64,000 bases of DNA from a virus, in the IMG/VR virus record IMGVR_UViG_3300032236_000971, positions 1-64,000 of that record; one strand, given 5' to 3'. Numbering within the stretch: position 1 is the stretch's first letter; the number at the start of each line of letters is the position of its first letter. The notes beneath the pieces were generated by a model. The model searched no databases. It saw nothing but the letters and a program-made list of their open reading frames with translations, and was not told where the DNA came from. The translations under genes and the position numbers were made by a program. Positions 55,259 through 64,000 of the stretch are shown in pieces.

Positions 55259-56377
55259 ATGACGTATAGTGTATTCGATTCAAATAACAAGAAAGATGCA
55301 ACACAGGTAAGAGCATTCTTCGATGATGCTCCTACAATCGCACGTTATGATAAGCAGAAGTATGCTTGGATTGAAAAGCTTACAGATAAGCAGCTGGGTT
55401 TCTTCTGGCGACCTGAAGAGGTTGATATCTATAAAGATGCTAAAGATTTTAAGGATTTAACAGTTCATGAACAACACATATTCACATCAAACCTCAAGCG
55501 TCAGATACTCCTTGATTCTGTACAAGGAAGAGCACCAACAGCGGCATTTGGACCTATTTGTTCATTACCTGAACTCGAAACCTGGATCACAACTTGGGCT
55601 TTTTCAGAAACCATACACTCTAGATCATATACACACATCATACGAAACATATATCCCAACCCTTCTAAGATTTTCGACGAAATTACTGACATCCCAGAGA
55701 TCGTAGAATGTGCTGGTGATATCAGTAAGTATTATGATAATCTTATTTGGTGTAATACTAACTACAAGTACTCCGATGAATATGGTACTGGTCTACAGAA
55801 TGATTTGACTAGATATAATCATAAGAAAGCTCTCTGGCTCGCCTTAATGTCTGTTAATGTTCTTGAAGGAGTTAGGTTCTATGTATCTTTTGCATGCTCA
55901 TGGGCATTTGCGGAGGTCAAGAGGATGGAAGGTAATGCGAAAATCATTAAGTTTATCGCTCGTGACGAAAACTTGCATCTCGCTGGAACACAACAGCTAC
56001 TCAAGGCGCTACCGAAAGAAGATGCAGACTTCGCTAGAATTGCAGAAGAAACAAAAGATGGATGCATCAGTCTATTTGTGGGCGCTGTTGAACAAGAAAA
56101 GGCATGGGCAAGTTATCTATTCAGGGACGGGTCGATGGTTGGTCTCAACCAAGTCCTACTCTCAGAATACATCGAGTGGATCGCCAATAAGCGAATGACC
56201 GCTGTTGGATTGCCAACTACATATAAGGGTGGATCTAATCCATTGCCTTGGACGCAAAAGTGGATTTCTGGTGCAGAAGTTCAGGTAGCGCCGCAGGAAA
56301 CTGAAATTACCAGCTATGTTAATGGTGGTGTTAAGAAGGATGTTAATGGTGATACATTTAAGGGGTTCTCGCTATGA
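55259..56377 (+). CDS. nrdB: Ribonucleotide reductase class Ia beta subunit
   Basis: FFWRPEE, ETIHSRSY, EGVRFYVSF, RDENLH. Confidence 0.98.
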   Translation: MTYSVFDSNNKKDATQVRAFFDDAPTIARYDKQKYAWIEKLTDKQLGFFWRPEEVDIYKDAKDFKDLTVHEQHIFTSNLKRQILLDSVQGRAPTAAFGPICSLPELETWITTWAFSETIHSRSYTHIIRNIYPNPSKIFDEITDIPEIVECAGDISKYYDNLIWCNTNYKYSDEYGTGLQNDLTRYNHKKALWLALMSVNVLEGVRFYVSFACSWAFAEVKRMEGNAKIIKFIARDENLHLAGTQQLLKALPKEDADFARIAEETKDGCISLFVGAVEQEKAWASYLFRDGSMVGLNQVLLSEYIEWIANKRMTAVGLPTTYKGGSNPLPWTQKWISGAEVQVAPQETEITSYVNGGVKKDVNGDTFKGFSL

Positions 56378-57015
56378 GTGATGTAAGAAATGATGCAAAA
56401 ATGGCTCTTGCCAGATATGAGTCATCTTATGCTGCGTTCGGTGCAGAAGCTTGCTTTACACTGAAAGGTTTACGTGATGTGCAAAGATACATCGAAAAGC
56501 TGGAGGCGGCGCTGCGGGAGATTGAAGGCAAACTAAACGTCCTGCGCGACAACATAATAGATGATTACGAGCCTAAGTATCCGTACACCATAAGGTACGC
56601 CCAAAACACAGAGAGATGCGCAAAGATCGCCCGCAAAGCACTGGAGGGGAAAGATGACTGAAGATTACAAACATAAGTATGATGCGCTTATGGAGCGTTG
56701 TGCTAAATTTATGTCAGAGTTTGCGCCACCATCACCTTATGAACTTGGTTTCAAAGCTGGTTGGGAAGCAGCAAAGCAAGAGTTTCATAAAGATAACACT
56801 TACGTTCCTGACACAACCAAGCCAGCAAAAACAATGGATATTCAATGGCCAAGAGATTACCCAAATACAACTAATCCTTGGCCACCACAAACCGTAGTTT
56901 ATCAAGCTTGCGGGGTTTGTGGTATAGGTGGTGATATAAATAAGGCAATGGCGTATGTCTGTAACAACCCACAATGTCCAACAAGAGTGACTTGTACAAC
57001 AACAGGAACAGCAAC

Positions 57016-57174
57016 ATGAGCAAAAAGTACGATATAGTTTGTGAAGAGTGCGATGCAAATTTTGATGTAATGTCTGACCTTATTGAGAGGGTTGATTATT
57101 GCCCGTTCTGTGGTGAGTTTATCCCTCTTGAAGAAGATGGATGGGATGACGAAGAGGCTGGTTTCGACGAGTAA
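57016..57174 (+). CDS. Small Zn-ribbon protein
   Basis: CEEC...CPFCG, acidic tail. Confidence 0.6.
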   Translation: MSKKYDIVCEECDANFDVMSDLIERVDYCPFCGEFIPLEEDGWDDEEAGFDE

Positions 57175-57198
57175 TAAATATGGGGAGGAGGACTCCCC

Positions 57199-57609
57199 AT
57201 GTGGTTTTATAATGGTGAATATATTGACAAACCAGGCGATTACGTTGGGTTTGTATACATAATAACAAATCAGCTTACAAACCGAAAATATATCGGTAAA
57301 AAGAACTTTTACTTTTCAAGGTCAAAGCAAGTCAAGGGAAAAAAGAAACGTTTTAAGGTTGAGTCGGATTGGCTTGATTACTACGGTTCGAACAAAGAGC
57401 TACAACAAGACGTAGAAAAACTCGGTAAAGAAAACTTTAAACGGGAAATCGTCAGACTCTGTAAAACAAAAGCTGAGTTCGGCTACTATGAAGCCAAGCT
57501 ACAGTTTGATAATAACGTACTAGAATCAGATGACTGGTACAATACATGGATAATGTGCAGAGTGCATAAAAAACACTTGACTTTCCTCCGAAATGAGCGT
57601 AGTATATAA
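57199..57609 (+). CDS. GIY-YIG family nuclease
   Basis: GFVYIITN...KYIGKK, YYGS, WYN. Confidence 0.8.
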   Translation: MWFYNGEYIDKPGDYVGFVYIITNQLTNRKYIGKKNFYFSRSKQVKGKKKRFKVESDWLDYYGSNKELQQDVEKLGKENFKREIVRLCKTKAEFGYYEAKLQFDNNVLESDDWYNTWIMCRVHKKHLTFLRNERSI

Positions 57610-57614
57610 CTATT

Positions 57615-57692
57615 GCCCCAGTAGGCCAACAGGTTAGAGTCAACGGACTTAAAATCCGTACAGTGTCGGTTCGAATCCGACTTGGGGCACCA
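57615..57692 (+). tRNA. tRNA-Leu(TAA), short variable loop
   Basis: CT-TAA-AA, 5-nt variable loop, A73-CCA. Confidence 0.9.
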
Positions 57693-57711
57693 AACAACAA
57701 ATAGGTGAAAT

Positions 57712-58185
57712 ATGTCAAGAGAGTTTAATCTCGATGAAGTTAAAGAATTTATCCGTAGCACTTCAGATTCATCCAATATTTACATTGGAGCCGATTCTGA
57801 GCGGTATCGTGGTCGCGATAACCAGTGGTATGCTGACTACACAGTTGCTGTCGTTATTCATATTGATGGCTCACGTGGATGTAAGGTATTCGGACAAGTC
57901 ACTACTGAGCGCGATTATGACAAAAGGCATGACCGCCCAGCGTATCGCCTAATGAATGAAGTCTATAAAGCATCTCAGATGTACATTGACTTGTTCGAGG
58001 ATATCGGTGATCGTCATTGTGAAGTTCATCTTGACATTAACCCTGACGAAATGCACGGATCTTCTTGCGTTATTCAACAGGCAACTGGCTATATTCGTGG
58101 TATGTGTGGGTTTGCTCCCAAAGTGAAGCCAGAAGCTTTTGCAGCATCATACGCTGCTGATAGACTCAAGGAAATCCTTGCTTAA
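57712..58185 (+). CDS. RNase H-like YkuK-family protein
   Basis: IYIGADS, RLMNEV, EVHLDIN, KPEAFAASYAAD. Confidence 0.85.
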   Translation: MSREFNLDEVKEFIRSTSDSSNIYIGADSERYRGRDNQWYADYTVAVVIHIDGSRGCKVFGQVTTERDYDKRHDRPAYRLMNEVYKASQMYIDLFEDIGDRHCEVHLDINPDEMHGSSCVIQQATGYIRGMCGFAPKVKPEAFAASYAADRLKEILA

Positions 58186-58187
58186 AG

Positions 58188-58391
58188 ATGAAAGAAAATA
58201 CCCTCATCTTAGTTAAAACTATAACGTATAGGGTAACATCTAGCCTAGCAACGTTTATCATTGCTTGGTTAGCTACTGGTTCATATACAACTGGTGGTAT
58301 TGTAGCGATTTCTCGTGGATTGTTTGGTACTGTTTGGTACGCAGTTCACGAGAAAATTTGGTCAGTGATTAAAAAGAATAAGTGCTGGTAG
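58188..58391 (+). CDS. DUF2061-like membrane protein
   Basis: KTITYR...HEKIW. Confidence 0.7.
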   Translation: MKENTLILVKTITYRVTSSLATFIIAWLATGSYTTGGIVAISRGLFGTVWYAVHEKIWSVIKKNKCW

Positions 58392-58457
58392 CTTAGTGGC
58401 CAAAGCCGACCGCTCATAACGGTCCTATCGGGGGTTCGAGTCCCTCCCGGCACACCA
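58382..58457 (+). tRNA. tRNA(CAT), probably Ile2 (lysidine) or Met
   Basis: GACCG-CT-CAT-AA-CGGTC, CCA. Confidence 0.85.
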
Positions 58458-58679
58458 CTTTCTGAGGTGTATAATGGAAGATATCGAAAAACATTTTGAT
58501 AGAATGGAAGAGTTGTTTCAACCAATTGAACAACAAATATTAATGACTGACGATAAGAATGACCTTTTACTTCTATCAACAATTATGTTAACGACTGCTA
58601 AGAGAATATTTGAAGAACAATATGGTGAACAAGTTGGTCATATATTGATTGACAGAATCCTAAACACAAGGAGTACATA

Positions 58680-58769
58680 ATGGCACATCCGCATAAGAAT
58701 CGCCCTCGTAAGGGTCGTCGTAAGCTTGGTTCTAAGAAGCGTAAGCAGAGAAATAAGCGTAAGAAGTGA
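58680..58769 (+). CDS. 29-aa highly basic peptide (not in ORF track)
   Basis: AGGAG RBS; MAHPHKNRPRKGRRKLGSKKRKQRNKRKK. Confidence 0.6.
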   Translation: MAHPHKNRPRKGRRKLGSKKRKQRNKRKK

Positions 58770-59113
58770 GACTACTAGTAACCTTGTTTGCCCTGATACT
58801 TTCCACCAGTGCTATTGCTGATGATAAGTATCAGGGCAAAGCGTCTTGGTACAAAGGCGGAAAGAAAACAGCTCAGGGTAAAAAATTCGATCCAACTAAA
58901 TATTCAGTAGCACATCGTACTCTTCCTTTCGGTACGATGTTAAGATTAACGAATGTAAAAAACGGTAACACAATCGAAGCCGTTGTAAACGATAGAGGAC
59001 CATTCGTTAGAACAAGAGAACTCGATGTTTCGAGTAGTGCAGCGCAAGCATTAGGTTTTTTTCATAGCGGCACAGCGAAACTAGTAATCGAAGTTCTTGA
59101 CGGGAGAAAATAA
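58766..59113 (+). CDS. rlpA: RlpA-like (DPBB) lytic transglycosylase
   Basis: GKASWY, TA.G, AHRTLPFGT, VNDRGPF, LDVS..AA. Confidence 0.9.
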   Translation: MRLLVTLFALILSTSAIADDKYQGKASWYKGGKKTAQGKKFDPTKYSVAHRTLPFGTMLRLTNVKNGNTIEAVVNDRGPFVRTRELDVSSSAAQALGFFHSGTAKLVIEVLDGRK

Positions 59114-59114
59114 A

Positions 59115-59912
59115 ATGTATAGATTTATTCTAGCTTTTATAGTTGCGTTAGGCATTATGGTTCCAGCTGCTTCTATAGCAGCACCAACTACCGAACAAAC
59201 TGTTCAGGTTAAGAAACAAACAGTCAAGAAGCATAAACGAAAGAGAACAAAGAAAAAACCTGTTAAGGTTGAAGAAGCTCGTAATCCTTTTGTTCGTTGT
59301 GAAAATGCTGACTGTAGCCCAAAGCCTGTTGTTACAGCTACGAATAATACTCAAGAGCAATCAGCTGCTGAGTTTTTTAGAGAAGATCAAGCTCGTACGC
59401 TTCAGCAGAAACTTATTCATAGCCCACTTCAATTAACACGTGATGAAAAGCGTCAACAGGTAGCCAGAGGATGCTCATGGTTTTCTTGTGATAATAAAGT
59501 TGTAATGGAAGCAAAACAATGGGAAGGTAAAACAGCAAAGAACGACCGTAAAGAGCTACGGAACTTATTCGCTAACGGTAATATGCCTCCTATTGATCCA
59601 GTAAGAACACCTTGGTGCGCTGCGTTTGCTAATGCTATTCTTTCGCGTAGTGGATACGAAACAACCAATAGCTTAATGGCTCGTTCATTTCTTTCTTGGG
59701 GCGTGAAGACAAAAGATCCTAAAGAAGGTGATATTGTTGTTCTAAAGCGTGGACGTGGTGGTACATTCGGTCATGTTGGTTTCTTTCAAGGATATGAAGT
59801 TATCGATGGCATAACGTATGTAAAGGTTCTTGGCGGTAATACAGATCATGCTGTCCAAGTAGGTTACTATCCAATTCAGAAAGTATTAGGTTTTAGAACA
59901 GCGGTAGTATAA
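59115..59912 (+). CDS. TIGR02594-family (NlpC/P60/CHAP-like) secreted protein
   Basis: Signal peptide; PWCAAFAN, ARSFL.WG, GHVGF, LGGN. Confidence 0.85.
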   Translation: MYRFILAFIVALGIMVPAASIAAPTTEQTVQVKKQTVKKHKRKRTKKKPVKVEEARNPFVRCENADCSPKPVVTATNNTQEQSAAEFFREDQARTLQQKLIHSPLQLTRDEKRQQVARGCSWFSCDNKVVMEAKQWEGKTAKNDRKELRNLFANGNMPPIDPVRTPWCAAFANAILSRSGYETTNSLMARSFLSWGVKTKDPKEGDIVVLKRGRGGTFGHVGFFQGYEVIDGITYVKVLGGNTDHAVQVGYYPIQKVLGFRTAVV

Positions 59913-60185
59913 TGTGGAGATTATGGGCTAAGGCGCTTGGTGAAAAATTTGGTAATACGAATGAAGAAGCTGATAAAATTGCTTGTATTCGCACCATTAT
60001 TGTAGTATCATATATAATAACAAATTTGTTCATAGTTGCAGGTGTAATACGTCATTGGAACAGCTAAAGGAGAAAAGTATGAGTGATATATACTTAGAAG
60101 ATATGATTATGGCTGATATGATTATCAACGGCTATGATCCAACAGACCCACTAGATATTGAAACTTACTGGGATATGAGGTTGTC

Positions 60186-60458
60186 ATGATTGGTCACGTA
60201 GAAATCTGGTCTAAGCCAGACTGTCCTTATTGCTCTAGAGCAAAGAACGTATTGCGTTCGAATAATATCAATTTCACGGAAAAGATGTTGAACCGTGACT
60301 TTACGAGAGAAATTCTTCAGGAAACATACCCATCCGCCAAAACGTTTCCTGTTGTAGTAGTTGATGGTTTTTATATTGGCGGATACACACAACTAGCTGA
60401 AAAGCTAAACCAGCAAAACAACTCAACTCAACAACTTCTAAATGAACAGGTGATGTAA
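60186..60458 (+). CDS. Glutaredoxin
   Basis: CPYC, TFP, IGGY. Confidence 0.93.
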   Translation: MIGHVEIWSKPDCPYCSRAKNVLRSNNINFTEKMLNRDFTREILQETYPSAKTFPVVVVDGFYIGGYTQLAEKLNQQNNSTQQLLNEQVM

Positions 60459-60733
60459 TGTTATATGATCGCGCAACACTAATGGAAGACCTTCGGCATT
60501 CGGTCGCTGAAGTAACATTCACTAAGGTAAATGGCGAACGCCGTATTATGCGTTGTACTCTTGACCCTCGTTATCTTCCTAAGATGACAACTGAACAAAC
60601 GGATCATTTGGAAGAACAACACAAGCGTGTAGAAAATCAGGAAGTTATCGCTTGTTGGGATCTTCAGGCTAATGGTTGGCGTTCTTTCAGAGTTGATTCG
60701 GTTCAATACGTTCAGCAAATCGACGGATACTAA
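60458..60733 (+). CDS. DUF2693/WYL-like SH3-fold protein
   Basis: VTFTKVNGERRIMRCTL, WRSFR. Confidence 0.75.
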   Translation: MLYDRATLMEDLRHSVAEVTFTKVNGERRIMRCTLDPRYLPKMTTEQTDHLEEQHKRVENQEVIACWDLQANGWRSFRVDSVQYVQQIDGY

Positions 60734-61054
60734 AATGAAAAAGCTTGTTATGGTTGACTGTCTCTCGCAGTTTCGTATTCGTTACTGTGTTGAGGTAGAA
60801 GATGATATTGATCATGCTCTTGATGAGATCGTTTGTAACTATGGTGAAATGGAGTTTCATGAGTTTTCACAAGAACATTTACTTCCTAGTCCTATCTTTA
60901 TCTCGCATAGAGAGATAACCAAGGAAGAGTATCTTCGTATGTTTGATGAAGATAACAACTACCTAAAGGATTGGACTGAAGAACAAAAGTTGAAGTTCAT
61001 CAATAAAGTAAACTATGAAAAGCCAGAACTCGCTGGCGGTTGAAGGGATATACA

Positions 61055-61870
61055 ATGGGTGTGACATACACTATTATCGAACATGAAGAAAATAACGAAA
61101 ATGCTTTTTGGACAGAAACCAAAAAGAAGTTGATGGCTGAAACTGATTTGTCAGTTTTTAAAACTTGGGCTACTGTTCGTAGTATTCCTATCTATAATCC
61201 AAATGAGTTTTTTGAAAATTATTGCCCTGAAGTCGAAGCTTTGATTGATGGGCGTACTGATGTTGACCTTTGGAAATCTATTCTCAAGGAACCTTTCTAT
61301 GGTCATACTGAAGAAAGTTATGAGGAAGCTAAACAGTTCTCGTTTGAGGGAACGGTTGAATGCACCCCTTGGACCCTTAAGTCGGCTCATCATATACTTA
61401 CATTTGAGAAGATTATGGGTAAAAGCATTCTTGATTACGATCAGATTGTAGACTTTGGTTCAGGTATCGGCGAAACAGCAAGAATGATCCTTGACTTAGG
61501 CTTCAAAGGGGAGTATTATTTGTATGACCTTCCCGAGACAGTTCGTATTCCGTTAGCATATTTGAAGAACTATTCAAATGTTAAAGCTGTAGAAAATTAT
61601 GATGATATTCCTTGGGGTAAAAAGACTCTGTTCATCGGTACTTGGAGTCTATCAGAAGTTCCTTACAAGTATCGCGCAGAGATTGCTAAATATTTTGCTG
61701 GTCAAGATTTTCTAATTATCTTTCAGAACCAGGTATTCAAGTACAACAACCTAAACTACTTCCTGTTCGATTTTCCAATCGAGTCAGAAACGTTCATTCG
61801 CCTTGAGCAGATTAAGTGGCATGGCGGCGGTAACGGAAACTTCTATCTAATCGGCACTAAGCCATACTGA
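61055..61870 (+). CDS. Putative SAM-dependent (sugar O-) methyltransferase
   Basis: VDFGSGIG, YDLPE, TWSLSE. Confidence 0.7.
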   Translation: MGVTYTIIEHEENNENAFWTETKKKLMAETDLSVFKTWATVRSIPIYNPNEFFENYCPEVEALIDGRTDVDLWKSILKEPFYGHTEESYEEAKQFSFEGTVECTPWTLKSAHHILTFEKIMGKSILDYDQIVDFGSGIGETARMILDLGFKGEYYLYDLPETVRIPLAYLKNYSNVKAVENYDDIPWGKKTLFIGTWSLSEVPYKYRAEIAKYFAGQDFLIIFQNQVFKYNNLNYFLFDFPIESETFIRLEQIKWHGGGNGNFYLIGTKPY

Positions 61871-61882
61871 GGAGAATATAGA

Positions 61883-62248
61883 ATGGCATACTGGGGTTTT
61901 CATCTAATGCTTGATTGCGCTGAACTTGATCATGCGTGTATCACTAGCGAAAATACTATCTACAACTTCGTGAAGCGTCTTGTTGCTGATATCGACATGG
62001 TCGCTTATGGAGAACCGCAGATTGTAAACTTTGGGTCTGGCAATAAGGCTGGCTACACTCTTGTCCAGCTCATTGAAACATCTAACATCTGCGCTCACTT
62101 TGTGCCTGATGATGGAATGGGCGGCAACGCTATGTATCTCGATGTGTTTTCTTGTAAGGAATATGATGATCAAGTAGTCATCAAGCTTGTCAAGGAATTC
62201 TTTGGTGCTAAGTACATTCGTCCTAACTATCTAACTCGACAGGCTTAA
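61883..62248 (+). CDS. speD: S-adenosylmethionine decarboxylase proenzyme
   Basis: G.HLMLD, LIETSNICAH pyruvoyl region, LDVFSCK. Confidence 0.85.
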   Translation: MAYWGFHLMLDCAELDHACITSENTIYNFVKRLVADIDMVAYGEPQIVNFGSGNKAGYTLVQLIETSNICAHFVPDDGMGGNAMYLDVFSCKEYDDQVVIKLVKEFFGAKYIRPNYLTRQA

Positions 62249-62252
62249 TACA

Positions 62253-62834
62253 ATGATTAATTATGTAAGTTCAGCAACGTTCGTTGGAGCTGCGGTTCCT
62301 TTCGTGACGTTTAAGACTCGTGTTCGTGATGACTCTATTGGTGGTCCTAATCCCTATCGCTGGCAGGATGTAACCACTGACGATTACTTTCATGGCAAGC
62401 GAGTAATTCTTTTCTCGCTTCCTGGCGCTTTCACTCCTACTTGTTCAACGTTTCAGCTTCCTGGCTTTGAAGAAATGTTTAATGAGTTTCAAGAAATTCA
62501 TGGGATCGACGAAATTTACTGTATGTCAGTAAATGATGCGTTTGTTATGAATGCCTGGGCAAAGCAGCAGGAAATCAAGAACATCAAGGTTATTCCTGAC
62601 GGTAACGGTCAGTTCACCATGGCGATGGGTATGCTTGTGAACAAGTACAACCTTGGTTTCGGTCGTCGTTCTTGGCGTTATGCTGCGGTTGTTAATGATG
62701 GATTGATTGAAGCTTGGTTTGAAGAGCCAGGTTATGTTGATAACGCAGAAGATGATCCATATGGTGTTTCTTCTCCAGAAAATATTATGGCGTACCTTAA
62801 CGCAAAGGCGACTGAACAGGAGCGTGGTCAGTGA
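62253..62834 (+). CDS. Peroxiredoxin (Prx5/redoxin)
   Basis: LPGAFTPTCS, SVNDAFVM, RSWRYA. Confidence 0.95.
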   Translation: MINYVSSATFVGAAVPFVTFKTRVRDDSIGGPNPYRWQDVTTDDYFHGKRVILFSLPGAFTPTCSTFQLPGFEEMFNEFQEIHGIDEIYCMSVNDAFVMNAWAKQQEIKNIKVIPDGNGQFTMAMGMLVNKYNLGFGRRSWRYAAVVNDGLIEAWFEEPGYVDNAEDDPYGVSSPENIMAYLNAKATEQERGQ

Positions 62835-63826
62835 GTGGTTTTGAAGAGAACGAAATCTCTATTAACTCTAATGGCGGTACTGAGCTATCAAAGCGCAGTA
62901 TCGCCGCTAATATTCCTGAAGAGCTTTCTAATGAGTTTCAGGTTGTTGCTTCTAGAATGCGTGACCTTCAAGAAGATAAGATTCGTGTCTATTGGATTCA
63001 TGATCTTGCTGAAGACCCAGAGCTTTCTCACCTCAAGGATGAAAACAGCCGTAACAGATTTCATAAGATTGTTTTCGTTTCTCACTGGCAGATGAATGAG
63101 TTCATCACGAAGCTTGGTATTCCTTGGTCTGATCAGCTCTGTGTAATCGAAAATCCAATCGATCCTTTTCCAACACATGAAAAGCCAACGGATAAGATCA
63201 ACCTCATCTATTTTTCAACTCCTCAGCGTGGGTTGGAATTGCTTGTTCCTACTTTCGAAGCTCTTGCTAATAAGTACGATAACATTCACTTGAATGTATA
63301 CTCAAGCTTTAAAATTTATGGCTGGGCGGAAGCTGATCAGCATTTTGAACCTCTTTATGAAAAGATTCGTAATCACCCTCAGATGACGTATCATGGATTT
63401 GCTGCTCAGAAAGAACTACGTCAAGCTGTTATTGATTCTCATATCCTAGCGTACCCATCAATGTGGGCTGAAACTTCCTGTAGAGTTTTGATGGAATCTA
63501 TGTCGGGCGGTCTTATGTGTGTTCATTCGAACCTTGCTGCTCTTCCAGAAACATCTGGTGGCTTGACTACAATGTATCAATTTAACAAGGATCCGCAGAT
63601 TCATGTTAATACATTCTATCAGTATTTGGAACATGCTATTAAAACTGTAGGAAATCCTGAGTCAAAGAACTACTTTAATTTTGTAAAATCCTACGCAGAT
63701 ACTAGATACAATACAACCAAGATCAGCAACCATTGGGAGATCCTTATGAAAGAGCTCCTACAGAAATATCCAACAGCTGAGTCACGTAAAATTCCAGCGA
63801 AACAATTCATTTACAGAACGTCATAA
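62831..63826 (+). CDS. GT-B (GT4-like) glycosyltransferase
   Basis: GGTE, VSHWQ, STPQRGL, YPSMWAETSC..LMES. Confidence 0.85.
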   Translation: MSGFEENEISINSNGGTELSKRSIAANIPEELSNEFQVVASRMRDLQEDKIRVYWIHDLAEDPELSHLKDENSRNRFHKIVFVSHWQMNEFITKLGIPWSDQLCVIENPIDPFPTHEKPTDKINLIYFSTPQRGLELLVPTFEALANKYDNIHLNVYSSFKIYGWAEADQHFEPLYEKIRNHPQMTYHGFAAQKELRQAVIDSHILAYPSMWAETSCRVLMESMSGGLMCVHSNLAALPETSGGLTTMYQFNKDPQIHVNTFYQYLEHAIKTVGNPESKNYFNFVKSYADTRYNTTKISNHWEILMKELLQKYPTAESRKIPAKQFIYRTS

Positions 63827-64000
63827 ATAGTTTGACTAATTTGTAATTTTAAGGTATAGTTATCTTTATGAAAAAACAGTCTGATAACGTCATTATGTTC
63901 CCGTCAAGAGGTAATCCGCCTCAACAAGTTTCCAATGAAAAAATCAAAGTTGATATGAAAATGGTTAAGTTCAACCATATCAACGAAGCGTTGGAAACAA

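Noticed and set aside
24050-56377. Introns or inteins in gp43, gp41, nrdA, nrdB or thyX
   Set aside because: All are continuous and of normal length; the gap between nrdA and nrdB holds only small hypothetical ORFs.
57199-57609. Mobile homing endonuclease
   Set aside because: Only a catalytic GIY-YIG domain with no DNA-binding extension or insertion context, so mobility is unsupported.

Overview
A 64-kb segment of a large T4-like myovirus genome, almost entirely on the + strand. The host is very probably an alphaproteobacterium, likely Rhizobiales. Evidence for this is a G-1-less G1:U72/A73 tRNA-His, an Omp25/RopB-type porin, DUF1127, and an RpoH-type promoter plus ROSE-like leader on hsp20. 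T4 core genes present are gp44 (3' end), gp62, regA, gp43, uvsX, gp41, gp61, nrdA and nrdB, along with thyX. There are 29 tRNA genes covering all 20 amino acids, 26 of them in a 4.65-9.8 kb cluster interleaved with unexplained structured RNAs. The standout feature is 9812-10524: seven tandem non-coding units that share a covarying closing stem and a pseudoknot-capable motif (AG-stem-TTCAGCA...stem'-CT-GTTGA). Their interiors differ: two circularly permuted YrlA-like tRNA mimics, an acceptor-less tRNA-Lys(UUU) body, isolated Thr(UGU) and Ser(UGA) anticodon stem-loops, and two unassigned hairpin sets. The array runs directly into the RBS of a DUF2828/vWA (Ro60/TROVE-like) gene, suggesting a phage Ro60-like protein with a Y-RNA-like cassette array. 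Other notable items are a late-promoter csgF-csgG-curlin-FecR-curlin-CHASE2 adenylate cyclase cassette, a mini tmRNA-like Ala-acceptor RNA, an unannotated ArfA-like ORF, an A34 tRNA-Thr(AGU), and short-variable-loop Leu tRNAs. The window also has capsid-targeting-sequence proteins and two minus-strand late operons (spanins and a candidate holin pair). All assignments are from reading sequence and motifs by eye; no database searches or folding programs were run.
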